Positions 53,088 to 64,000 of a stretch of 64,000 nucleotides of DNA are shown here, piece after piece. The stretch comes from Flaccisagitta enflata (lineage: Eukaryota): contig OZ231126.1 in assembly GCA_965153355.1 (NCBI GenBank), forward strand, positions 33,914,001-33,978,000. Direction: 5' to 3'. The notes under the pieces were generated by a model. The model worked only from the letters and a program-made list of their open reading frames with translations. It made no database searches and was not told where the DNA came from. The position numbers were made by a program, and so were the translations under genes. How positions within the stretch are numbered: the stretch's first letter is position 1; each line of letters starts with the position of its first letter.

Positions 53088-55830
53088 TAACAGTGTAAGT
53101 CACGGTGCATACGAAGATGAAATATCATGGGTCAACTCATTTTTTTCAATATTGTTAATATTGTCAATTTGCAATTTTTTTCACTAATTAAAAATGGTCA
53201 TTAATTCATAGTTAAGATATATTTGCATTGAAATTTATTTAAAAGTCCATATGAACTATGAAATATAGGGATGGATGTTAGAGAAACATAGGTTTTTCAA
53301 ACTTTCTTTTCACAAACTCACATGTCTTTGGTGAAATTATATCTTTGCATAGGAATTTAAAAATTTGCATTTTCAAAAACATGGCATTTTTTTAGACACT
53401 TTTTGGAAAGGGGCCATGTTTTTGAAAATGCAAAATTTTACATTTAAAAGTAGTGATACCAATAATCGCCGTAGGAAAAAAGTCGTAAATGCGGAGAGAA
53501 CAAACAGTTGCGGACAGGTGGACTGGGGCATGCAACCCCCATCCACACCCCAACCTCAACCCCCACACACAAGCATCTAGAGTTTCTAGACCCCTTGTTT
53601 TTCCACTTTTCCACTCGGACGGACAAACGGATCAACAGACTGATAGATTGACTGATGGACAAAGCCTCTCATAGAGTTTGGAGTTGAAATGAGAGATAAA
53701 CTGTGCTGCCACCTGGAACATTTCAAAGTTCAATTAGACTTCAACTAACTCGATTCCTCGTTTTTTGGAAAAATGCAAAAAATGCGGAAAAATAAAAAAA
53801 GATTCAAAAAATCATAGCTCTAAAACTATCAATCACACAGAATTCTACTTAGCGTTATCTGAAAGAAGGGAATTAACTCTTTCTTAGCTATCAATTTCAT
53901 GCGTAGTACCATTCGGGCCCAAAAACTTATCAACTTCCTCAAACCACTTATGAGGAAAGGGGAAAATCAATTTCCGCCATAGGTCTCAAAAAGCCGAGGT
54001 ATTCTTCAACTTTTTTCCAAATAGTTTCACCCAACAGCTGTTTGAAATTTTGTTCTCTTTTTTGTAAGAAATACTTATGTTTTGTTGAATAAATTTTTAC
54101 ATTCGACAAGATACAAAAAATAATTTCTGTTGGTTAATCTTTTTGAAATATGCTTATAGTAATCAGAAGTGTAAAAAAAAAATTCAGGTTTTGATATCAA
54201 TGAGAATAACTGTCTGAAATAATCTATAAGGACAGAAAATCAAATTTCATCTTCATTTGTACTGTGACATAAAGTGAAAAAATTAGACAAATGGAAAAAT
54301 AAAAGAATATGAAGGAATGGACGGTTGAGCGTGATAGATCTTGCTTCATGTCACTGCCTTCGGTCTTCGGCTACACGTAGGACTTTGACTTCATTAAGCA
54401 ATGGCTACTGAATATTGATGTATGAATTGTGATATGGATTAAAATGATATGATATGATATGATATGATATGATATGATATGAATGGGTGATATGATATGA
54501 CATGATATGAATAGGTGAGAAGACAAAAGAAGGGAATGAGCATAACTGCATAAGACAGCGTGCCCACGAAGCCAACATTTAGGGTATCAAAATAGAAAGC
54601 ATACATGAATGAAAATAGAAAAACAAGTGAAAAAAAGTGATTTAGACAAGCAGTGGGCGCCATGCTGATGGTAGAAATCATTTCTATAACAAAATTATTT
54701 CTATAAAGGAATCTTTTCTATCTAGAAAACACTGTTCAGTATTTCCACCGTGTGCTTTAAAGCAGGAATACTGCCACTTTTTCAATGGTTTCTGATAGTC
54801 AGACATTTATTTAGTCTATCCCAACCAACTCCAAAATAATTCTTGTGGCGCCTTTTGAAATATTTTACTTTTTTACCTCCTCATTGAATTTTCCCAATTT
54901 TTGGACAATCAACTTTGTTTTGCTCATAACTTTTGAACGCATAAAGCGAGAAATGCCAGATTGGTCTCATTTTAAAGATCCTTTCAAGATCTTTCTAACC
55001 GTCACCAATTTTTTGTAAATCCGTTGAAAAACAATCAAGTTACAGTCTGTCAAACGTGAGGAAGAAAATGAGGATTTCAGTTGATTTTCTATGTCATTGA
55101 GTTTTCCATTTTTTTTACAATTTTACTTGTTATGCTCATAATTTTTGAACGGCTAAAGCTAGAAATGCCAGATTGGACTCATCTCAAAGATTTTTTGAAG
55201 CTCTTTCCAACCATCACCGATTTATTGTGAATCCCTTGAGTTACAACTCAATTAAAAGCGGTCAAAGATTGGTATTATCAGGTTTTTGGAAGATTTCACC
55301 ATCTTTTTCTTGTGGTAAGATTTGTTGATTCTTGCATTGCTAAAGGAGTCAATGTCTGCTTGTCTATACATCTGTTAATCTATCCTAAACTGTATCATGA
55401 AAAATTTAAGTAAGACACAGCCAAGCAGCGACTTATAAGGGGAGGTATAATCATTCCTGTAAAATGTAGGTTATTTTTGGGCAGTAGACCCAATTAGATC
55501 AAAAAACTGTAAAAAACTTCCATTCATCCAGTCTAGGAAAAATTGTTAATAGCAAATGAGGGCTGACTGAGGCCTTCGATGACCTGAATGCTTCCTCAAG
55601 GTTGTTTTGAAGCCCAAGGAAGCTTGCTGGGCTGATTTGAAGCCTGAGATGATATGAAGCCTAAATGAGTTAATTTGGTGCCAGAGAGACCTGGTTTGGC
55701 ATCTGTAAGGGGGGGGTTGGGGCCTGAGAGAGCTTATTTGAGGCCTAAGAGGGCTTAATTAATGCTTTGTATGGCAATTTGAGGCATTAAAGGCTGATAT
55801 GAGGCCTCATAGATCTTAGTTTAGATCATA

Positions 55831-56439
55831 TAACACCCCTTCCATAATTAGGCGAACTAGGACGAAAAGGCACTGTTTGAGGGTTGATAAATACGCATAT
55901 GATCAATTAAAACAGTGCAAAACTTCAATATCGGTAAATTTCATCAATATAATGCAAAAAATGACTCAAAAATATAAATGGCTATCTCCTTTGAGTTCAA
56001 TTATGCAGATTAGTGAAAGGTCACATAAGGGCACTCTCTGGCCATGATCTCAATATGTCACCATCTTTTCCTGGGATTTGTCAGTTTAGGTGGCTTTCCC
56101 TGCCCCTCCTCCTGCGGTACTGCCTCTCCGGCATTAATTAACCTCGTTACACAATATTTGGCAGTATTTTTTCGCATCCCATCTTTTCAAAATGTTCAAG
56201 GTATACATCTCCCCCTTTGAAACATTTTTTCCTGTAGAAATCGGAAATAATTTGATGCCGCACTTCTGTTAAAAGACCCTCCATCTCCCTTTACATGCTG
56301 GAAAGTCCCCAACATCGGTTTACTACGTCAAAGTGCTACGTCTAAGCTATGTCTGTGTCAAATTTCATCACTCTGAGTGCATTTTTACTATCCTTTTGGA
56401 TCCTTTTTTCCAGTTCGCTTAATTATGGAAGGGGTGTTA
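55831..56439. mobile_element. MITE, TA-flanked, 30-bp TIR (~609 bp)
   Basis: taacaccccttccataattaggcgaactag / ccagttcgcttaattatggaaggggtgtta (28 of 30). Interrupts a degenerate gaggcctgagagggctgattt array. Confidence 0.88.
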
Positions 56440-56992
56440 GGGCCAATTTGAGGCTTGTAAAGGCTTATTTGATGCCCATTTAGAGGAGGGATTTAAGCAA
56501 ATAACAAGACTGGACCTTAGAAAAAAAGTAATACTGGGTTTTTTGGTGGTTTTGCACTGTACATAGGTTGTACTGAGCTAAGATAAAAAGTTGACTGAAA
56601 AATTATTTATGCAAAGCGGTTGGTTGGGATGTTTGTAGGACATATGAGAAGTGCAAAATTTCGCCAAAATCGATCTTTTAAGAAAAAAGAAGTAGATACA
56701 AAAATAGAAAATAAACTTTGTATTTGAAGTAAAAACTTTATATCAATACTTGGCTAAGACATCTTTTCATGTCATGATGTCATCTTATGATGTTCAGGTG
56801 TGCTGGAATAGCTCATCAGACAGACAGACACACTGAAAGACCAACCGACATGACAAGGTGTAGAGTGGCATGTGTTTGAAAATACAATTTACACAATTTC
56901 AGTTCTTATCTTCCCCTCAACCCCTTCTACTCATCTTCTCTCTGTTTTTCTGTCTGTCTGTCTGGCTGTCTGTCTCTCTGTCTGTCTGTCTC

Positions 56993-57133
<141 letters not shown>

Positions 57134-57386
57134 GGTCATATTTTGGTCAGTGCCCCTTTCAGTCTCATCTCTTATATCATTAATAGTGTTTAGTTTCTAA
57201 TGTGACTCTGCCTACATATCATATGATTTTGCCAAGTCTAAAAGTACTTTCTGCCTTTTGTGTTTGTCTTTCTATCCACCTTTCTGTCTTTCAGTCTTAT
57301 TCTATCTGTTTGACATTCTAGTTTTTATTTCTTTCTTGATCTGACTTTCTGTACCTGCATCTGTCCCTCTGTGTCTGTCTGTCTGT

Positions 57387-57474
<88 letters not shown>

Positions 57475-58168
57475 GTCTCTTTCTCTCTCTGTCTCTCCCT
57501 CTTTCCCTTCCTTCTCTCTTTCACTCTCCATTCCTATACCCCCAGCTCCCTTTTTCCCCTCCCAAAATCTTTGACTTACGCCCTGATATTCCGTCAATTC
57601 TTTTCTTCACCAACACAAATGTAAAAAATGTTCAAAAAAAGTTTGGTTGGCAGTCAACTGCCAGTGCATAGTAACCAATACTACATAACGGTAAAATTCC
57701 TAAAGAAATTAGCCAATGTCGGTAAAGTGAAATTACACCAACTCATATGTTCTTCGGGAACAATTTTTGCGCTTGCTGACAAAGATGAAAATCATATTGA
57801 GAAATTGTATTTGGGATCTACTCATCCCAAAAATTCAACCTTCATACAAAACTATCGCTATGATGGAAAACTTGAAGAAGTGCGACTTGACAAACTTATG
57901 CAGGTAATTTTTTAGTCCCATGCACGCAACTCAATCCGCTTTGTCGGTTGGTTGGTTGGTTGGTGGATTGGTTGGTCGGTTGGTTGGTTGGTGGATTGGT
58001 TGGTCGGTTGGTTGGTTGGTCAGTCCATATTTTACTTTCTTGAGCAGTGGCCCCAAAGGGGTCGATAACCTATGCTTCTACACATATGGGGATTTTCTCC
58101 TTCTCCTCCGAGATTGCACGAAAATGTCTTAATTCTAGTTGTCCCACCGAGTTTGTGACAAGTCATGT

Positions 58169-58275
58169 ATGTCTCATGAAGTATGTCTCACAATGATAAT
58201 GTCTATCCTAAAATGTCTAAACTAAAATGTCTGATTTAAAATGTCTGATCAAAAATGTTCGTCCAATAATGACTG
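58169..58275. repeat. Degenerate 14-bp period repeat (aaatgtct core)
   Basis: atgtctatcctaaa atgtctaaactaaa atgtctgatttaaa atgtctgatcaaaa. Confidence 0.7.
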
Positions 58276-58346
58276 TCTGAGAGTTTCTGCTTATCTTAGC
58301 CATCTCGATGTCACTGTCCTTTACTCGTTTTCTAACTCTCTCTCTG

Positions 58347-58446
<100 letters not shown>

Positions 58447-58632
58447 ACCGCCAAATCTTAACTCTATCTAGGGAAGTAAATATCGCCTGGTCCCTTAGAG
58501 AAACGAGCGAAAGAGGCGGCGTCGGAATTTCATACATGGGTGGAATAAGAGCCCAGGCAATATAAAAAGCAAAATTATGTTCTATTGTAGCAAAATTTAG
58601 TCAGTTATAGCCTATACTGTCCTTGGGTTAGG

Positions 58633-58858
58633 TTTTTTTAGTCGCGTGCTACGCGACTCTACAACCCGCTTTGTCGGTCCGTCCGTCCGTCGGTCCGTCG
58701 GTGCGTCGGTGCGTCCGTCCGTCGGTCCGTCACACATTACTTTTTTTGGGTTTTTGCGGTCTTTGGCCTTACTGCTCCTGCCCAAATGATGGAGTGGCCT
58801 CAAATATGGCCCCTGCCCACCTGCACGCGACTTTGGTAGCCGTGTATCCAGCCTTGTT
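58633..58858 (+). mobile_element. Helentron/DINE-1-like element; further copies near 4694, 44580-44680, 49314-49436, 49588, 63468 and 63756
   Basis: ttttagtcgcgtgctacgcgactcta...(GTCC)n...gtagccgtgtatccagccttgtt. Confidence 0.7.
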
Positions 58859-59394
58859 TTCAAAAAAATTGAGTGAAGAATGTCAGTGTTAAAGAAACTT
58901 TGAAAATAGGATTGCCATGGCTAAACCAGGCCGCGCTTAGTTAAGCCGAGTTAACCCCTGTATCTCCAAAGCCTGGTGATTTCATATCTGTGTTTGTTTC
59001 CTTTCCACAATGACGCCCTCAGACGCCATAAAAAAAAGAAACAGCATATGTTTTACTATAGAAATCAAAAGAAGATCCCAATTTGCTTCCTCAAATCTGT
59101 TTCGTTTTAAGTGAATGATGTTACTCATCAGTTGAGAGAGTGACAGAAACGTCAACAAACATATTATTACAGAGATATTTATTGAAATGCACAAATTTCT
59201 GGAATCCTATCATGTGATATATCAAATGAAAGCTAAAACAATTATCTTTCTTATAATGATGACAATATTAATTTTCAAATTGATCCAAATTCTTCGTTTA
59301 CTTCCCTACTCTATCTAATATCTATTTTCTACCCGTTTGTTTCTTTCTATTTATTAACCTTTCTATTTTGCGTCTGTTCGTTTTATTCTGACTC

Positions 59395-59504
<110 letters not shown>

Positions 59505-60029
59505 TAAACAACTCACTACACTTAACCCATACAATCATTCGCTTGCGCGTTTCATGCGCTTAGAATTTTTTTCCCTTCAATCGTCCCAAATGAGTGAAAG
59601 TACTCAAAAACCAGCTATTTTTGTAAGTGAGAAGAAAAATCACACCGGCACACGCTATCATAAAGCCCATTTTATGGCCGAATTTATCATGAAACGTAAG
59701 CTTTTATGATTGATATTTTTGCATTCTCAATCAGCCGATCTTGACACGGCTACGAAATGGAAACGGAAAGTATTTTCCAAAGCATCCCGGAAAAGTTTAT
59801 GCTGAATGAAGAAGGTAAAGATATTGAAAATAGGTCTTGCAACTGCTTGGATCTTGTGACAAACGTTTTCTAGACAGAATGCATGAACATCAATAATGAG
59901 CTCAGTCTTTTCAGCTTTTCCACAATTCCAACCTAAGCATGACAGATCGACCTACTTTCTGACCAACCAAAAGGCTGACCAGCCAATGTACGTGTCCTGA
60001 GGAATAACTCGACAAAATATAATTAATTC

Positions 60030-60588
60030 TACGGGGTAAACAACATGTAACAATTGGGTGTGTCAATATGCAAAAGTATTTTTGATCAGATCATCGACTT
60101 CAGGAAGTGTGAACAAAAGAATTCTAAGGCTTTTACCGTTTTTATTTTTTAGAATTTCATTCATCTTCCGTTTTTTTAGCGCAAGTAAAGATTGTTAAAT
60201 ATATATATATTTCCAGCATCTGCACTCAGTTTTGGTGATAATGAGACTCATAATTTCTACAAAAAACATTTGTTATTGTCTCTTTTTACAACTTTGGTGA
60301 TAAATAAACAGCATTTACCTTGTTTCAACTAGAATTGGCACCAAGATATTCACGGTTATGATTTGATTAAATACACGAGCAATGATACAAATAAAATCAT
60401 CAACACAGCAATATACAAATTAGCGTCTAAAAAGGGGTTCTGAGAAAAATGGAAGATGAATGAAATTTGACAAAATAAAAATGGTAAAGGTCTTAAAATT
60501 CATTAGCTTTTACAGTCTGATGTTGATGGTCTCATCAAAAAACCTTTTGCATATTGACACACCCGAATGTAACAATATTGGGCCTGTA
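60030..60588. mobile_element. MITE with long degenerate TIRs (~559 bp)
   Basis: Perfect 21-bp inverted core gggtgtgtcaatatgcaaaag (60056) / cttttgcatattgacacaccc (60544), with degenerate extension to tacgggg / cctgta. Confidence 0.75.
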
Positions 60589-60734
60589 GAACTCAGTCCA
60601 AATGACAACCTGTCTTACAAGGACGAATCTTACGAGGAAGAATCTTACGAGGAGACGGATACCGAAGAGAATCCAATATCCCGGCTTTTGCAAGATCTTT
60701 CTTACTCGTAATCGTTGAATAAAAAAAGACCAAC

Positions 60735-61331
60735 TGACCTCAAATACATGTTTTGATGACTGTCTTCGTCCTCGTCTTCTTCTTTAGACTTAGACTCGAA
60801 AATTTTCCTAGGTCAGTCAGTAGCTCAATCTTTTGCATGGACCTGCTCAGCGCTTTCAATAATGCACGTTTCAAATTTCAAGGTTCTGGCTCAAATACTT
60901 CAGAAGTTATGAGCATTTGTTTGAACCATATCAAACTAAAAAAATTCCAAGAGAATCTTTAAACTTTCTTTTGAAATATGGCCGACACAAAAATTTTTTA
61001 AGTTTTTTTAAAAAAAGTGAAATTACAAGATTTTGGATCTAGGCAAATCAAGCGATTTCCTATAAAATGAACCCCACTTTTTTTTTCGAAAAAAAAAAAT
61101 CCTCTCTAAGGGCTTTTTAGGGCCCCTAGGGGCCCCAAAGAAGTTCAAAATTTTGGTAAATGAGATCAACAGAATTATGTCCATATGCCAAGGTATCTTT
61201 CAGGAACAAATTCAAGCAGATTAGTTCAAGCTAGAGCTCATGCCGTTACTACCTTTGGACCGGCCGCATATAAAAGAGAAATATGAAAATTCACAAGGAC
61301 TTAGATTTAGGATCTGAGGTCAATATCTATC
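60735..61331 (+). mobile_element. Dispersed repeat, copy 2, single internal unit (~590 bp), short TIR tgacctcaRat
   Basis: Homology to 45763-46635; tgacctcaaat (60735) / atctgaggtca (ending 61322). Confidence 0.78.
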
Positions 61332-61775
61332 TTCTTCTTTTTCCTCTTCTTCTTCTTCTTCTTTTTCCTCTTCTTCTTCTTTTTGCTCTTCTTCTTCTTC
61401 TTCTTCTTGCTCTTCTTCTTCTTCTTCTTTTTGCTCTTCTTCTTCTTCTTCTTTTTGCTCTTCTTCTTCTTCTTCTTTTTCCTCTTCTTCTTCTTCTTCT
61501 TTTTCCTCTTCTTCTTCTTCTTCTTTTTCCTCTTCTTCTTCTTCTTCTTTTTCCTCTTCTTCTTCTTCTTCTTTTCCTCTTCTTCTTCTTCTTTGCTCTT
61601 CTTCTTCTTCTTCTTTTCCTTCTTCTTCTTCTTCTTTGCTCTTCTTCTTCCTTCTTTTCCTCTTCTTTCTTCTTCTTCTCTTTGCTCTTCTTCTTCTTCT
61701 CTTTGCTCTCTTCTTCTTCTTTTCCTTCTTCTTCTTTCTTTTGCTCTTCTTCTTCTTCTTTTTTTTCCTTCTTCT

Positions 61776-61807
<32 letters not shown>

Positions 61808-61980
61808 TTCTTCTTCTTCTTCTTCTTCTTTTGTGTGCTATATCCGTTTTTTATCCTCGTCTTTGTACTCATTTTCCTCTTTAAATTTTTTGAGTATCAG
61901 CATCATCTTTTTATTTTTCTTTTCTTGTTTTCTTTTTCTTTATCTTTTCCTTTTGCCTCTTCTTCTTCATCTTCTTTTTC

Positions 61981-62054
<74 letters not shown>

Positions 62055-62072
62055 TATCATCACCATCACCAC
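61331..62072. repeat. (CTT)n with a 24-bp higher-order period, then (CAT)n
   Basis: Units tttcctcttcttcttcttcttctt at about 61340-61620; (CAT)n at 61982-62072. Confidence 0.9.
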
Positions 62073-62381
62073 TGTTAGTCTCTGCTCTTTTCTTGTTAGA
62101 CGCGCGAAGACGGCTCAGCACAGTGGTTCCAAAAAATAAAAAGTGCACTAAAATCCTAATTTTCTCCTTAGGACCTATTTCAGACACAGGAAACCCAATG
62201 GTGATGTTGAAATTTTTCTGTCACTTAAGGAAATTGCCTTAAGGGCATCTTGAAAAAAGGTAAAAAAATTTTTTTTGAAAAAAAAATATTTGTTAAGCCT
62301 AACTGTAGCCTAAGGGTTGCAATAAGTGAAAGCAGGTGTCATTTTACCTCAGTTGAGGATTTCAAGGACTCAAAGGCGTGT

Positions 62382-63320
62382 TAAAGCCATTTTTCAGCAG
62401 TTTTTAGGGTCAAATGCCCATATTTTCAACGACAACACCCTATTGTGAGGCCAGAATTGAGTGCATCTATTCAGAATGCACCTTCCTGTAAATTTTCAGA
62501 TTGGCCCTACTCCTTTTCAAGCCTCAATGGTGTTTTAAAGCTATTTTTCAGCAGTTTTTAGGGTCAAATGCCCATTTTTTCAATGGCAACACCCTAGTGT
62601 GAGGCCAGAATCAAGTATATCTATTCAGAATACACCTTCCTGTAAATTTTCAGATTGGCCCTACTCTTTTTCAAGCCTCAATCGTGTTTAAAAGCCGTTT
62701 TAAAGCCATTTGTAAGCAATTTTTAGGGTCAAATGCCCATATTTTCAACGACAACGCCCTATTGTGAGGCCAGAATCAAGTGTATCTATTCAAAATTCAC
62801 CTTCCTGTAAATTTTCAAATTGGCCCTACTCTTTTTCAAGCCTCAATGGTGTTTTAAAGCCATTTTTCAGCAGTTTTTAGGGTCAAATGCTCATATTTTC
62901 AACAACAACGCCCTTTGGTGAGGCCAGAATTGAGTGTATCTGTTCAAATTGCACCTTCCAGTAAATTTTCAGATTGGCCCTACTCTTTTTCAAGCCTCAA
63001 TAGGGTTTTAAGGCCTTTTTGAGCAGTTTTTAGGGTCAAACGCTTGATTTTACAACGATATCATCCTACTGGGTAGCCTGAAATTAGTAAATCAATTGAG
63101 ATGTACCTCCCTGTAAAATTTCTGAATGGCCCTTCTCTTCTTCAAGCCGCATCGGCGCTTAAAAGCCTATTTTTGGCAGTTTTTAGGGACTAATGCAATG
63201 CCCATTTTTACCACGGCAACACCTTTTTATGTGGTCAGAAACTTCAGAAGTGTATCAATTCAAAACGTACCTCCCTGTAAATTTTCAGATCAAACCTCTT
63301 CAATTTCAAGAGTCAATGGT
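62382..63320. repeat. ~154-bp satellite, about 6 units
   Basis: ttttaggg(tc)aaatgccc anchor at 62407, 62561, 62726, 62880, 63033 and 63186. Confidence 0.92.
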
Positions 63321-63362
63321 CACACACACGCACAGACAAGGGCACACTTACACACACTCACA

Positions 63363-63429
<67 letters not shown>

Positions 63430-64000
63430 GTAGATATATGCGCGAATGTGTCGATGATTAAGAATATCTTTAGTTGCGGACAGGCAACTCTATAAGAGGC
63501 TTTGTCCGTCCATTGGTCCATTGGTCCATTGGTCCATCCAAGGTGATCAAGGCAAAAGTGGAAAAACGAGCATTTTAAATACTTTTTGTGTATGTTTGTG
63601 CTTGGGTGGGTGTTCAGGTGTGGATGGAGGTTGGATGCCCCTGTCCACAAAGATATTGTGACGCCGCATCACTTCTTCCACTTATGTCAAAAAACATGAA
63701 ACAAAGCGATATAAATACTTATTATCTTTTTTTAACCGAGAGTGTGTCGCTGCTATTTAGTCGCTTGCTTTGCGACTCTACACCCCGCTATGTTGGTCCG
63801 TCGGTTGGTCGGTTGGTCCCCTTTTAACTTTTTCGGCGTTTTTTAGCTTTATGAGCCTACTGCTCCTGCCCATTGCCCAAATGCTCTAGTTACCTTCTCT
63901 AGCACTGCTCCTGCCCACCCGCACGCAACTGGGGTGGTCGTGATACAACGAGAGGATCTGAAGATTCCAAATGCGCATGAACCGTTTGCGTGCTTCGCAT

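Noticed and set aside
62119-62146. Bona fide V(D)J recombination signal
   Set aside because: The heptamer is present but there is no proper ACAAAAACC nonamer at 12 or 23 bp and no Ig-like segments.
61283-62242. 319-aa hydrophobic ORF
   Set aside because: Read-through of (CTT)n/(CAT)n; the start lies in a dispersed repeat.
62382-63320. CRISPR or regularly spaced repeat system
   Set aside because: The whole 154-bp unit is repeated; it is a tandem satellite.

Overview
This is repeat-rich eukaryotic DNA, probably from an invertebrate animal (inferred from spliceosomal GT-AG introns, dense microsatellites and MITEs). I see no prokaryotic operon, CRISPR array or RNA gene, and most ORFs in the six-frame track are microsatellite read-throughs. 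Two things dominate the window. (1) A ~38.4-kb inverted duplication: arms ~3577-23282 and 23484-~42022 around a 201-bp spacer, with unrelated flanks. (2) Inside each arm, an 11-exon, phase-consistent, 3'-truncated gene for a C2H2 zinc-finger protein (~1140 aa encoded here) with His/Pro-, RG-, Gln- and acidic low-complexity tracts. The turn-around sits inside a TIR element whose TA target overlaps the last splice donor. The right arm is deletion-riddled in patches, worst from about 1 kb after the turn. This pattern fits a long-read or amplification fold-back artefact best, although a real TIR-triggered palindrome cannot be excluded from sequence alone. The rest is non-autonomous DNA transposons and tandem repeats. 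Several TIR families with different ends converge on ~560-620 bp and some share an internal motif; there are also Harbinger-like MITEs, Helentron/DINE-1-like elements, and 24-, 49- and 154-bp tandem arrays. I found no convincing new biological system. The best leads are the TIR-centred palindrome and the size-constrained MITE set.
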